Shown in pieces: positions 35,197-45,624 of a stretch of 64,000 bases of DNA. Below the pieces are notes generated by a model, which saw only the letters and a program-made list of their open reading frames with translations, did no database searches and was not told the origin of the DNA. How positions within the stretch are numbered: the stretch's first letter is position 1; every line of letters starts with the position of its first letter. The stretch is taken from positions 493 to 64,492 of the IMG/VR virus record IMGVR_UViG_3300042317_000235. One strand, given 5' to 3'. The translations under genes and the position numbers were made by a program. Source of the DNA: a virus. Taxonomy: Duplodnaviria; Caudoviricetes.

Positions 35197-35921
35197 GTAT
35201 GCTATCGAGGTTTGCAACACTTGGTGGGTTACCTGGCGACCCTTACTGGACTAGCGTGTCTTATTTACTTGTTGGTAATGGCGCAAATGGAACAACTACT
35301 AATATTAAAGATTCGTCTAGTAATAATTATACAACGACAGTATTTGGAAACACCGTTATTAGTACAGCAATCTCCCCTCCAGCCATAACTAATTCTGGTA
35401 GCGGGACTGTTTATTTTGATGGAAATGGGGATTATTTGAGTTTGCCGTCAAGTTCAATTCTTCCATCAGGCACGGGAGATTTTACCATTGAACTATGGCT
35501 ATACTTTACAAATTCTGCGGGAAGGCAGGCAATTATGAGTGGTACAGCAGCGAATAGTATATTCCTAACTAAAGGTTCTGATTATTCTGGAGATGATAAT
35601 ATTTCTGTTGGATTTACTGCAGTGACCTCAAACGAACGATTTCCTGTAACTTTTTTAAATAATACGTGGTATAACTTAGTTGCTCAACGTGCATCTGGTG
35701 TAATTTCTTTCTATTTAAATGGTGTTAAGCAAACAGTATTTGGGTCTGGAGTAGGTGCAGCAAATTTAGTATCTAGTTCAAGTGTTATAGGTTATTCAGC
35801 TTTTGCAGCAACACCGGCTTTTCTAAACGGTTACGTTTACGACCTTCGCATCACAAAAGGGGTTGCAAGATATTCAGGTTCAACCATGACAGTCCCGACA
35901 TCTGCATTTCCGACTTACTAG
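35193..35921 (+). CDS. LamG / concanavalin A-like lectin adhesin (start reassigned to ATG 35193)
   Basis: YFDGNGDYL, DFTIELW, FYLNG, GYVYDLRITKGVARY. Confidence 0.82.
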   Translation: MSMLSRFATLGGLPGDPYWTSVSYLLVGNGANGTTTNIKDSSSNNYTTTVFGNTVISTAISPPAITNSGSGTVYFDGNGDYLSLPSSSILPSGTGDFTIELWLYFTNSAGRQAIMSGTAANSIFLTKGSDYSGDDNISVGFTAVTSNERFPVTFLNNTWYNLVAQRASGVISFYLNGVKQTVFGSGVGAANLVSSSSVIGYSAFAATPAFLNGYVYDLRITKGVARYSGSTMTVPTSAFPTY

Positions 35922-35930
35922 GATAAAAAC

Positions 35931-36365
35931 ATGAAAATAGCCATAATTGAAAATAACCAAATCTTATCTCATGGTGAGCATACAGAAGTGTTCCCTAACG
36001 TATCGTTTCCACCAGAAGGTCTTGATTTAATGTGGGCGCAAGAGCGCAATGCTTATCAGGTACAATCTGACAAAGCACATTCACAAACAGAAAAGCTAAC
36101 CTTTGTTGAGCCGTATATTGAGAATGGTGTAGTGTTTGACGTGATTGTTGAAGCTAAAACACAAGATGAGTTAGATGCTGAAAAAACACAAAAAGCCAAT
36201 GAAGTGCGTGCCAAACGCAATATGCTACTCACACAATCAGATTGGACACAATTAGCTGATGCGCCTGTTGATAATTTAGCGTGGGCGGTGTATAGACAAT
36301 CACTGCGGGACATTACCTTGCAAGCAGGGTTTCCTTTTACTGTAGACTTTCCAGTAGCACCGTAA
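35931..36365 (+). CDS. tail fibre assembly chaperone-like protein
   Basis: VRAKRNMLLTQSDWTQLADAP, WAVYRQSLRDI. Confidence 0.82.
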   Translation: MKIAIIENNQILSHGEHTEVFPNVSFPPEGLDLMWAQERNAYQVQSDKAHSQTEKLTFVEPYIENGVVFDVIVEAKTQDELDAEKTQKANEVRAKRNMLLTQSDWTQLADAPVDNLAWAVYRQSLRDITLQAGFPFTVDFPVAP

Positions 36366-36369
36366 GCTT

Positions 36370-37914
36370 ATGTTTGGGCTATTAGCTTTTGCAGAGTACC
36401 CGTTTGCACAGCTACCCAATAGCGGCCCGATTACTATTGTTGCGAGCGTTACAGAAACGCTTAGTGCAACTGACTCCTACATTGGCTTAGATAATCACGG
36501 GTATATAACAGAGTCACTTACGACTTCAGATAGTTATTCTGGTGGTATTAATTACGTTGTTTCAGTATCTGAAACAGTTACTGCATCTGATGTTTATCAG
36601 ACTCCATTTGATGAAGTAGCTACGTTATTTGGCTTCACTGCTTTTGCACAGGCACCAATTGCTGGACTTACTATTGTCCCAAGCACCTTTAAAGTAGTTG
36701 ACCTTCTTGAATCGATTACTGCAACTGATAGCTTTGATGTACTAATTGAGTATGGTGCTGTCGTTTCTGAATCAGTAACAGCGGATGATTCTTATGCTGG
36801 TTCTACACCTATTAACCGAGTGGATGTAGCTGAGACGGTTACCGCATCTTCTACTGTTGACGGTATATCGGGTAATATTGGAAGTATTGAAGAAACAATA
36901 ACAACAGATGATGTCTTTGCTTCTATAGGTACATCACGCGCAGACCAACCAGAAAACTTAACAGCAACCGATAGTAGTGTAGGTGCATTAGCGCAATCAG
37001 CCCCAGTTGTAGAAACAGCAACACCTACAGATGAATTTACTAATACGTTTAATCGAACTGGGCTAATTACAGAATCTGCGCCTGTTACAGTCGTAGTTAG
37101 CTCAATTAGTGGCACTCAGCTAACGCTTACAGAAAGCGTGACAGCAACAGATACGTTCGATAATGGTACGCCCTTTGATGTAAATGTTGTTGAATATGGT
37201 ACGCTTGATGATGTGTATGCGTTCTCGTCTAATACATATTTAGATATTACTGAAACAGCAACAGCTTCTGACGTTTATACAATAGGCACAGTACCTATTA
37301 TGGGTTATGTAGTTGAGTCTCTAACTTCAACCGATGCAAACAGTGCAGCGGGCAGTACCTATAATGTGACGTTCTCTGAGAGTGTTACGTCTACTGATTT
37401 ATATGCCGCATCAGGTTCAACATATTATGTGGCGGTGTCAGACACCGTAATTGCAACAGATGGGTATCTGGTAAATCTATCTTATATTGCCGCATACCAA
37501 GAAGCGTTAACAGCAAATGCAGATGTTACTGGAGATGTCACAAAACCTGTAGCGCTTACAGAGACCATTACTTTATCGGATAGCTATGCGGTAGCAGCTT
37601 ATTTATATGCTTACTTAGATGCACCACTAGTAGGTATCGATGGGTATAGTGCAGCGGGTAGTACGTATAATGTATCTTTATTAGCGCAAGGTGTTGCAGA
37701 GGACACTTATTTCCCAAATGGTACATCTAATGTATTTATTACTGAGACGCTCATAGCAACTGAAGGTACCTTTGTAGGTCGCCTGCTTTGGGAACAAATT
37801 GACGATACACAAACCGCAAATTGGGGTAATATATCTACCATACAAACTGCTAACTGGGGCACTATAGATACAACCCAAACCCCTAACTGGGGTTCAATTA
37901 ACACAACAGGTTAA
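36370..37914 (+). CDS. acidic repeat-rich tail protein (ETxTATD repeats)
   Basis: many E-S/T-x-T-A-T-D units; C-terminal TQTANWG repeats. Confidence 0.7.
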   Translation: MFGLLAFAEYPFAQLPNSGPITIVASVTETLSATDSYIGLDNHGYITESLTTSDSYSGGINYVVSVSETVTASDVYQTPFDEVATLFGFTAFAQAPIAGLTIVPSTFKVVDLLESITATDSFDVLIEYGAVVSESVTADDSYAGSTPINRVDVAETVTASSTVDGISGNIGSIEETITTDDVFASIGTSRADQPENLTATDSSVGALAQSAPVVETATPTDEFTNTFNRTGLITESAPVTVVVSSISGTQLTLTESVTATDTFDNGTPFDVNVVEYGTLDDVYAFSSNTYLDITETATASDVYTIGTVPIMGYVVESLTSTDANSAAGSTYNVTFSESVTSTDLYAASGSTYYVAVSDTVIATDGYLVNLSYIAAYQEALTANADVTGDVTKPVALTETITLSDSYAVAAYLYAYLDAPLVGIDGYSAAGSTYNVSLLAQGVAEDTYFPNGTSNVFITETLIATEGTFVGRLLWEQIDDTQTANWGNISTIQTANWGTIDTTQTPNWGSINTTG

Positions 37915-37918
37915 AAAC

Positions 37919-39337
37919 ATGACAACAGCTTATACCACGCTCTTAGGTTTAGCCCTTCCAGTTCAAGGTGAGCTTACTGGTACTTGGGGTACTGAAGTAA
38001 ATAATAGTATTACACAGCTTCTTGACGATGCGATTGCAGGAACAGCAACAGCTAGTGTAACTTCAGGTGATTGGACTTTAACAGATACGGGTTCTGGCGT
38101 ACCTAATCAGGCTCGCTGTGCAATTCTCATTGCTACAGGAACACCGGGCGTATCACGTAATATTATCGCTCCAGCTAGAAGTAAAGGCTATTTTGTTGTT
38201 AACCAATCCGATGCAGCGGTAGTGCTTAAAGGTACGTCTACTACGGGTATTAGTGTTCCTACTAATAAAAGTGCATTGGTTGTTTGGAACGGTTCTGACT
38301 TCGTAACGGCTGTATCTCCATCCTCTAACGGGACAGTAACGACAGTATCAGTTGCTAGTGCTAACGGATTTACAGGCTCAGTATCAAACCCCACATCAAC
38401 ACCTGCTATAACGCTGGCGACCAGTATTTCTGGTGTTCTTAAAGGGAATGGAACGGCTATTTCAGCGGCGACTTCTGGTACAGATTACAGCGCAGGGACT
38501 TCTGCATTAGCTACGGGTATTTTAAAAAGCACAACATCAACAGGCGCGTTGACTATTGCAGTAGCTGGTGACTTTCCAACACTTAATCAAAGTACGACAG
38601 GTAATGCGTTAACAGCGACAACAGCTACCAACTTAGCAGGGGGCGGAGCAGGGCAACTACCCTATCAAACAGCTTCAGGTACAACAGCAATGCTTGCTGC
38701 TGGTACAGCTACTTACGTGTTAACATCTAACGGTACTTCAGCACCTAGTTGGCAGCCACCATCCACTTCTGGCGGTACAGTCACTTCAGTTGCGGCTTTA
38801 ACATTAGGTACTACTGGTACAGACGTTTCATCATCAGTATTAAACCCCTCAACAACCCCTGTTATTACGTTAAATATTCCAACAGCAAGCGCATCAACTA
38901 GAGGTGCATTATCTTCTAGTGATTGGTCTACGTTTAACGGTAAATACTCAACAGGCGGTGCGCTTGGAACACCTTCTAGCGGTACGCTGTCATCTTGTAC
39001 GGTTGATGGAACAAATGGTGTTGGGTATAAAAATATCCCTCAAACAGGCTCAGATAAAACAACTGCATATACTTTAGTTACTGGAGATGTGGGTAAATAT
39101 GTGGGTGTTGGAACAAGCGGCTCTATTGTCGTGCCAACTTCTACGTTTGCAAATGGTGATGCCATCTCTGTCTATAACAACACAACAGGTAATATTACTA
39201 TTACGACTAGCGCACCTACAGCCTATATTGCAGGGGCAAATACAGTTAAAACGTCTATTACTTTAGCTACTCGCGGTATTGCTACGATTCTATTTGTTAG
39301 TGCAACAGTTTGCGTTGTGTCGGGTAATGTGTCATGA
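37919..39337 (+). CDS. tail fibre protein 2
   Basis: GELTGTWG, GTVTSV repeats, C-terminal GYKNIPQ...LATRGIAT. Confidence 0.78.
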   Translation: MTTAYTTLLGLALPVQGELTGTWGTEVNNSITQLLDDAIAGTATASVTSGDWTLTDTGSGVPNQARCAILIATGTPGVSRNIIAPARSKGYFVVNQSDAAVVLKGTSTTGISVPTNKSALVVWNGSDFVTAVSPSSNGTVTTVSVASANGFTGSVSNPTSTPAITLATSISGVLKGNGTAISAATSGTDYSAGTSALATGILKSTTSTGALTIAVAGDFPTLNQSTTGNALTATTATNLAGGGAGQLPYQTASGTTAMLAAGTATYVLTSNGTSAPSWQPPSTSGGTVTSVAALTLGTTGTDVSSSVLNPSTTPVITLNIPTASASTRGALSSSDWSTFNGKYSTGGALGTPSSGTLSSCTVDGTNGVGYKNIPQTGSDKTTAYTLVTGDVGKYVGVGTSGSIVVPTSTFANGDAISVYNNTTGNITITTSAPTAYIAGANTVKTSITLATRGIATILFVSATVCVVSGNVS

Positions 39338-39990
39338 CGGGTATTATGCAGGTTATGCTTGGTGGGAGTTTTGGTCCTCCACCTCCCCCGACAACAATAG
39401 GTCAATCTTACGGAGGCGGTTTTTATGCTGGGAAAATTGCGGTAGGTGGCGGAGGTGTTGCTACACATTACTTAATTGTTGCACCTAAAGCATCGGGCGA
39501 AAACTCAAGTATAACATGGGGCGTTTCTGGAACGACAACGGGAATAACGTCTGTCATTAATGGACCAACAAACTCTGCGTCATTAGCTGCGCTCGGCGCA
39601 TCATATCAAGCAGCTACATTCTGTGAAGGCTTATCGATTGGTGGTTATAGCGATTGGTATTTACCCGCCAAAAACGAATTAGAAGTGCTGTATTATTTCT
39701 TAAAACCGACTACTGACGCTAACAATACTTCATCGGGTTCAAACGCAAATGCCGTATCACCAGAGCCTATAAGCACAAATTACACTAGTGGCTCACCCGC
39801 TCAAACAAGCGCGGGTATTGGCTTTAGATCTGGGGAAACAAATGCGTTTGCCTCTGGCATCTATTGGTCTTCGACTGAGCTCGATGCTAGCGGCGCATGG
39901 ATACAGTCCTTCTCCAATGGAGATCAGAACAGCTACGGCTTTAAGTTCAGTAGTGACTATGTCAGAGCTGTTCGGAGAATCGCTATATAA
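39334..39990 (+). CDS. DUF1566 / C-type-lectin-fold receptor-binding protein with DGR-like variable C-terminus
   Basis: IGQSYGGGFYAG, GYSDWYLPAKNEL, YWSSTE...AW.Q.F.NG.Q....K....VRAVRR. Confidence 0.85.
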   Translation: MTGIMQVMLGGSFGPPPPPTTIGQSYGGGFYAGKIAVGGGGVATHYLIVAPKASGENSSITWGVSGTTTGITSVINGPTNSASLAALGASYQAATFCEGLSIGGYSDWYLPAKNELEVLYYFLKPTTDANNTSSGSNANAVSPEPISTNYTSGSPAQTSAGIGFRSGETNAFASGIYWSSTELDASGAWIQSFSNGDQNSYGFKFSSDYVRAVRRIAI

Positions 39991-40021
39991 ACAGCATTAA
40001 ATAATAAAATAGGAAGCCTTT

Positions 40022-40432
40022 ATGTATATTCAAATAACAAACATCGATGCAAACACTGGTATTCTTTGTACGGAAGAGCCGATGCGCACAGGACCAGCAA
40101 CCCCAAACGTAAAAGGTTTTCAGTTTATCTTTCAAAACGAATCTGATTTTCCTATTGCATCAAATCCTGACGGCTCACTCAGCACAGCGCCACTGCTTTA
40201 CGGGACGTGCGATGATGATGCAGATACAAGCCTTGTTGGCGTTTTAAAAGTGTTGTCACAAGTAGAGTTTGATGCGGATAAACAGGCAGAGCATCAAGCT
40301 AGAAAGCCATACCCTTCATGGGTTGGTGATATTGATACTATGTCATGGCAACCGCCTGTAACGTATCCACAAGACGGTAAGTATTATTATTGGGATGAAT
40401 CAACAATTAACTGGGTGGAGATAACACAATGA
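40022..40432 (+). CDS. tail fibre assembly-like protein
   Basis: C-terminal KPYPSW...WQPPV.YP.DG..YYWDE...W. Confidence 0.65.
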   Translation: MYIQITNIDANTGILCTEEPMRTGPATPNVKGFQFIFQNESDFPIASNPDGSLSTAPLLYGTCDDDADTSLVGVLKVLSQVEFDADKQAEHQARKPYPSWVGDIDTMSWQPPVTYPQDGKYYYWDESTINWVEITQ

Positions 40433-40620
40433 ACAAAATCCTTAAAGCGTGGAACTACTTAATGGCTCGACTAAAAGAGCCTTCTACCTACGCGAGTGTG
40501 GCAGCACTCGCAACGATGGCGGGTGTGAATATTGATGCAACGCCTGTTGTGCATGACAGCTTAACTGCCGCTAGTGTCGTGTTTGGTATGATTGGGTTGT
40601 TTGCATCAGAAGGTAAATAA
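40429..40620 (+). CDS. putative holin
   Basis: RLKEPST plus two hydrophobic segments; directly before the endolysin. Confidence 0.7.
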   Translation: MNKILKAWNYLMARLKEPSTYASVAALATMAGVNIDATPVVHDSLTAASVVFGMIGLFASEGK

Positions 40621-40621
40621 T

Positions 40622-40975
40622 ATGAGCACCTATTTTAAACCGGAAGAATTTGAGTGTCACTGCGGGTGTGGTGAAAAAGACGTTAACCCTAAGCTAGTAG
40701 AGCTACTTAACCGCATCCGTGAGTCGTTTGGTAAACCAATTACCATTATGAGCGGTAGAAGATGTGAAGCACACAACACAAAAGTGGGCGGCGCAAAGCA
40801 TAGCCAACACGTTCTTGGCAACGCAGCCGATATTAAAGTAAAAGACGTACCGCCAAAAGAAGTGCAAGAATACCTCATGAAGCATTATGACGATGACTGT
40901 AAAGGGTTAGGGCGCTATAAATCATTTACCCATATTGATGTTCGTGATGGTAAAATCGCACGTTGGAACGGATAA
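40622..40975 (+). CDS. endolysin, peptidase M15A family
   Basis: EFECHCGC, SGRRC..HN..VGGA..SQH..G.AADI, FTHIDVR. Confidence 0.92.
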   Translation: MSTYFKPEEFECHCGCGEKDVNPKLVELLNRIRESFGKPITIMSGRRCEAHNTKVGGAKHSQHVLGNAADIKVKDVPPKEVQEYLMKHYDDDCKGLGRYKSFTHIDVRDGKIARWNG

Positions 40976-40988
40976 ACAGGATTAAATT

Positions 40989-43094
40989 ATGCCATCAATC
41001 GGTCTTAAAAAACTTGTATTTAAGTCGGGAGTTAACCGAGAGAATACCCGCTATTACACAGAAGGCGGATGGTATGATTGCGACAAGGTTCGTTTTCGTC
41101 AAGGCTCTCCACAGAAAATAGGCGGTTGGAATAAGATATCATCCTCTACTTACTTAGGGGTATGCCGTTCGCTATGGGCATGGGAAACACTAGGACAAGT
41201 GACGCTTATAGGAGTTGGAACTAATTCCAAATTTTATATCTCTCGTGGCGGTAGCTACTACGACATCACGCCTATACGTACAGCAAATACCTTATCTAAC
41301 CCTTTTACTGCCTCTACCGGCTCGGCGATTATTACCGTAACTCATGCAGGGCATGGTTGTGCTAACGGAGATTATGTTACCTATAACGGAGCAACAGGAC
41401 TTGGCGGGACTATTACAGCCTCTCTGCTTAACCGCGAGTATCAAATCACCTACGTGTCTGCTAACTCTTATACAATTAATGTAGGGTACGCGGCGAACAG
41501 TTCAGATACTGGGCATGGTGGTACAGTCCGTGCTGTTTATCAGATGTCAGTAGGTCCAGCTTATCAAACGCCTACTAGTGGTTGGGGTGCAGGGGCTTGG
41601 GGTAGCGGTTCTTGGGGTAGCGGTCAGTCTTCGTCTGACTCACTTCGTTTATGGTCACAGAGTAACTACGGTCAAGATTTAGTCTTCGGTCCTCGCACGG
41701 GTGCGATGTATTACTACTATGCAGATAGAGGTCTTGTAAGCACTACCGCTACTATTACAATAGCATCGCCCGCTGTAATCACAGCTACTAACCTCTACGC
41801 TGAAGGCGCACCGATAGTCTTTGAAACGTCAGGCGCACTACCTACAGGACTTACTACAGGTACAACTTACTATGTACGCAATTATGTCGCTGGTATATTT
41901 AATGTATCTGCTACACCCTCTGGAGCTTTAATTAATACGTCAGGGTCACAGTCAGGCACACAGTATATTTCCAACCGTGCGGTCAATTTAGCTACTATTA
42001 ATGGTGCATTAGATGTTCCAACTATTCAGAATTACATCACAGTATCAGATACTTTCCGTTTTGTATTTGTTTTTGGCTGTAATGACTACGGTGTATCTAC
42101 TCAAAACCCACTGTTAGTACGTTGGTCTGACCAAGAGAACGCCGCTGACTGGACACCATCTACTACTAACCAAGCAGGTTCATTAACACTAACTCGTGGC
42201 TCTCAGATTATTACTGCGCTTCAAACACGTCAAGAAATTCTAGTTTGGACAGATTCTACGCTATACTCTATGCAGTACTTAGGCTACCCGCTGGTTTGGA
42301 ATGCCCAGCTTATGGGTGACAATATCTCTATTGTAGGTCAGAATGCAGCTGCTCTGGCTTCGGGTGTTGTGTACTGGATGGGGCGAGATAAATTTTATAA
42401 ATACGATGGTCGTGTGCAAACACAGAACTGTGACCTGCGAGAATATATATTCAATGATTTTAATGCGCAACAATCAGAACAAGTCTTTGCCAGCACTAAT
42501 GAAGGGTTTAACGAAGTCTGGTGGTTCTACTGCTCTACTGATAGTACGGTGGTGGACAAATACGCAATCTATAATTACGCTGAAGATATATGGTATTACG
42601 GCACAATGGGTCGCACCGCTTGGCTTGACTCTGGGATTTTAGATTATCCTCTTGCAGCTACTTACTCAAATAACTTAGTTAACCATGAAAATGGTTTAGA
42701 CGATAATGAGACTTCAGTATCTACTGCTATTCATGCTTATATTACAAGCTCTGAGTTTGACATTGATGACGGTCACAACTTTGTATTTATTCGCAGGATT
42801 TTACCGGATTTAACTTTTAGAGGTTCTACTACAGAAAGTCCAGCAGCGACACTGACTATTTACCCTTTAATTAACGCAGGTAGTGGATATACAAATCCAG
42901 CTTCTGTTGGCGGTAGTGATAATGCAGTGATTACAAGAACAGCTGTTGTACCTATTGAAGCGTTTACTGGGCAAGTGTTTATTCGAGTACGTGGTAGACA
43001 GTTTGCATTTAAGATGGAAAGTAATCAGTTAGGTAATACATGGCAGATGGGTGCCATGAGGCTCGATTTCAAACTGGATGGTCAGAAATCATGA
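40989..43094 (+). CDS. tail nozzle / tubular B-like (gp10 stabilisation-type) protein
   Basis: VRFRQG, VRWSDQE, QAGS, EVWWFY, RVRGRQ. Confidence 0.72.
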   Translation: MPSIGLKKLVFKSGVNRENTRYYTEGGWYDCDKVRFRQGSPQKIGGWNKISSSTYLGVCRSLWAWETLGQVTLIGVGTNSKFYISRGGSYYDITPIRTANTLSNPFTASTGSAIITVTHAGHGCANGDYVTYNGATGLGGTITASLLNREYQITYVSANSYTINVGYAANSSDTGHGGTVRAVYQMSVGPAYQTPTSGWGAGAWGSGSWGSGQSSSDSLRLWSQSNYGQDLVFGPRTGAMYYYYADRGLVSTTATITIASPAVITATNLYAEGAPIVFETSGALPTGLTTGTTYYVRNYVAGIFNVSATPSGALINTSGSQSGTQYISNRAVNLATINGALDVPTIQNYITVSDTFRFVFVFGCNDYGVSTQNPLLVRWSDQENAADWTPSTTNQAGSLTLTRGSQIITALQTRQEILVWTDSTLYSMQYLGYPLVWNAQLMGDNISIVGQNAAALASGVVYWMGRDKFYKYDGRVQTQNCDLREYIFNDFNAQQSEQVFASTNEGFNEVWWFYCSTDSTVVDKYAIYNYAEDIWYYGTMGRTAWLDSGILDYPLAATYSNNLVNHENGLDDNETSVSTAIHAYITSSEFDIDDGHNFVFIRRILPDLTFRGSTTESPAATLTIYPLINAGSGYTNPASVGGSDNAVITRTAVVPIEAFTGQVFIRVRGRQFAFKMESNQLGNTWQMGAMRLDFKLDGQKS

Positions 43095-43720
43095 GTAATA
43101 CAGTCCAAACTCCTAAAGCACCAAGTTTACCTTTTGCTGAGGTGCAATATAGCCGTAACTACCTTGACCAATTAAACAACGTACTGCGTCTATACTTCAA
43201 TCAACTCGATAATACGTTCCAATCCCTGCTGAGTATTGCAGGGGGAGCTGCTTTTAAATTTCCTGTTGGTAGTTTTTATTTGACTACGCAGCAGACGATA
43301 CCTGTTATAAATACAGCTTACGCCATACCGTTTAACAATACAGCCGTATCAAACCAAGTTGCTATTGGAACATCGGCATCTCACATAGTAGTAAGCGTGG
43401 ATGGGTATTATAACTTTCAGTTCTCGGCGCAGTTGGCTAAGACGGCTGGTAGTACGATGGCTGCGTGGGTATGGCCTAGAGTAAATGGGGTAGATATTCC
43501 TGATTCTAATACTAAGCTTCAGCTAACGGGGTCTAGTAGCTCTGAGATGGTAGCTGCATGGAATTTTGTGCTTCCAATGAACGCTGGAGATTATTTTGAG
43601 CTTTACTGGGCATCTGACCATGTGGGCGTTATAATAAAAGCAGAAGCAGCTAATTCATTCTCCCCTGCAATACCTCCTGTCATCCTTACCGCTACGTTTG
43701 TTTCAGCACTATACTCATGA
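43091..43720 (+). CDS. virion structural protein (start reassigned to MSNTVQ)
   Basis: LRLYFNQLD helix plus C-terminal beta-sandwich; ATGA overlap. Confidence 0.65.
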   Translation: MSNTVQTPKAPSLPFAEVQYSRNYLDQLNNVLRLYFNQLDNTFQSLLSIAGGAAFKFPVGSFYLTTQQTIPVINTAYAIPFNNTAVSNQVAIGTSASHIVVSVDGYYNFQFSAQLAKTAGSTMAAWVWPRVNGVDIPDSNTKLQLTGSSSSEMVAAWNFVLPMNAGDYFELYWASDHVGVIIKAEAANSFSPAIPPVILTATFVSALYS

Positions 43721-43747
43721 TATTATTAGCTAAACTTTGGAGGTATC

Positions 43748-44176
43748 GTGAGCGATTTAGCAACCCTTGGCAATATGCCAAAAATCTTAGAATTAGAAGC
43801 CCTTATGAAGGCTATGCCACAGGTAGAGTCTCCCGCACAGCATTATCATCTGAGCGGTGTTTATTGTCGGGCTCTTTTTATACCTAAAGGTTGTTTACTT
43901 ACAGGTAAGATTCACAATCACGAAAGCATTGGTATTCTAGCTCAGGGTACACTTCGCATCACAAACGGTGAAACGTCTACAGTCGTTACCGCACCTTACA
44001 TCACAGTCGATAAGCCAGGTATTAAACGCCTAGGCTACGCTGAAACAGATTGCACATTTATTACAGTTCATCGAACTGACCTTGATAGCGTTGAGGCTAT
44101 CGAAGACGAACTCGTATCTGATACTTTTGAAGATTACGAGCTAAAAACACAACAGTTAATTGGGGAAGGTTTATGA
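43748..44176 (+). CDS. cupin-fold protein
   Basis: HLSGVYCR..FIPKG.LLTGKIHNH, G.KR.GYA.TD..FITVH. Confidence 0.7.
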   Translation: MSDLATLGNMPKILELEALMKAMPQVESPAQHYHLSGVYCRALFIPKGCLLTGKIHNHESIGILAQGTLRITNGETSTVVTAPYITVDKPGIKRLGYAETDCTFITVHRTDLDSVEAIEDELVSDTFEDYELKTQQLIGEGL

Positions 44177-45624
44177 GTTTTATTGCAAGTATGGTTGCCG
44201 CTTCAGCAGCTAGTGCTGGGCTTGTTACTGCTGGTGGTATTGGCGCTGCTGCTTTAGGTGCCGCTGCTACGGGTGCTGCTGGTGCTGGTATTGGTGCGGG
44301 TGTTTCTGCCCTTACTGGCGGAGATGTTGGTGAAGGCGCTTTGATGGGAGGCATCGGTGGGTTAGGTGCTGGAGCGGGCGCAGCTTTAAGTGGTGCAACT
44401 ATGGGAGCAAGTGCTATAGGAGCACAAGGAGCGGCAGCAACACCCTTCGCGGCAGCGGCACCAGTAGCTTCAACAACCGCAGCAACGGCAGCTCCAACAG
44501 CTTCAGCAACGGCAGCACCTGTAGTAGAGAATGCGGGATTACAATCTTCTGGTGTAGTTACTCAAGGTTTAGGTGCTAATACTGCTCCTATTACTGGAGA
44601 AGTAACATCGGGTTCTTTAACTGCACCAGGTACAATAAATTCAGTAGTAGCTCCAGCAACAAACCCAGCGTTAACTTCAGCCGCAAATCCAGCACCAGTA
44701 GTACAAGGTCCAGTGCAAGCAAGTCAAGGCGCATTAGACCCTACTACCTTCGCTGCAAAAAATGTAGCAGCTAACGAGGCAAATGCATCGTGGGGTTCAC
44801 AGCTTTTAAGTAAAGCAGGCATAGCGGATGCAGGGCAAACAGGAAATGCAATAGGTGGTAAAGCTCTTGAGAATGCAGTATATGGTGCAGGTATTAACGG
44901 TCTACTTGCTGGTGCTCAAGGTAAAGACGTTGGTAGAGGTATGTTAACGGGCGCTGTATCTGGTGGTGTAGGTGGCGCAGCTGCTGGTGGTTTAGGTCAG
45001 ATGGGTGGTAGTATTGGTCAGTTTGCTGCAAATAACCCAGGCTTAACTTCCGCAGTAATTGGTGGTGCAACTAACATGGCTTTAGATAATGCACTAACCT
45101 CTAACCCTTCACCTCCAGAACAAAAAGGTATTCGTAGCCTCTATAAGTGGGACAACAATGCGTATCAACCTTATAGAACGATGGCTGCTGGGGGTGTAAC
45201 TGATTTAGATAACTACGACCAAGCACCACAGACGCAAAACCCCGGAACACTAGATATCCCTAACCGTAACGAAGTGGCAAACAACCAAGGTTATATGGGC
45301 GACTCTGTGCAACTGATGGCACATGGTGGTGTCTCTGATTTAGGAGGGTATTCTGATGGCGGACGACTGCTCAAAGGTCCTGGTACGGGGGTTAGTGATG
45401 ATATACCCGCAACCATTGAAGGAAAACAGCCAGCAAGATTGGCGGCAAATGAATTTGTGGTGCCCGCAAGAATTGTATCTGAAATTGGTAACGGGTCTAC
45501 TGATGCAGGTGCTAAAGCCCTATATGCTATGATGGATAGAGTGCAGAAAGATAGAAAAAAATCTATGGGTAAAGGTAAGTTTGCGGTTGATTCAAAAGCG
45601 TCTAGACATTTGGATGCGTTATGA
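44173..45624 (+). CDS. Gly/Ala-rich internal virion (ejection) protein
   Basis: glycine-zipper-like segments; MAAGG, MAHGG, YSDGG; GPGTGVSDDIPA...LAANEFVVPA. Confidence 0.72.
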   Translation: MSFIASMVAASAASAGLVTAGGIGAAALGAAATGAAGAGIGAGVSALTGGDVGEGALMGGIGGLGAGAGAALSGATMGASAIGAQGAAATPFAAAAPVASTTAATAAPTASATAAPVVENAGLQSSGVVTQGLGANTAPITGEVTSGSLTAPGTINSVVAPATNPALTSAANPAPVVQGPVQASQGALDPTTFAAKNVAANEANASWGSQLLSKAGIADAGQTGNAIGGKALENAVYGAGINGLLAGAQGKDVGRGMLTGAVSGGVGGAAAGGLGQMGGSIGQFAANNPGLTSAVIGGATNMALDNALTSNPSPPEQKGIRSLYKWDNNAYQPYRTMAAGGVTDLDNYDQAPQTQNPGTLDIPNRNEVANNQGYMGDSVQLMAHGGVSDLGGYSDGGRLLKGPGTGVSDDIPATIEGKQPARLAANEFVVPARIVSEIGNGSTDAGAKALYAMMDRVQKDRKKSMGKGKFAVDSKASRHLDAL

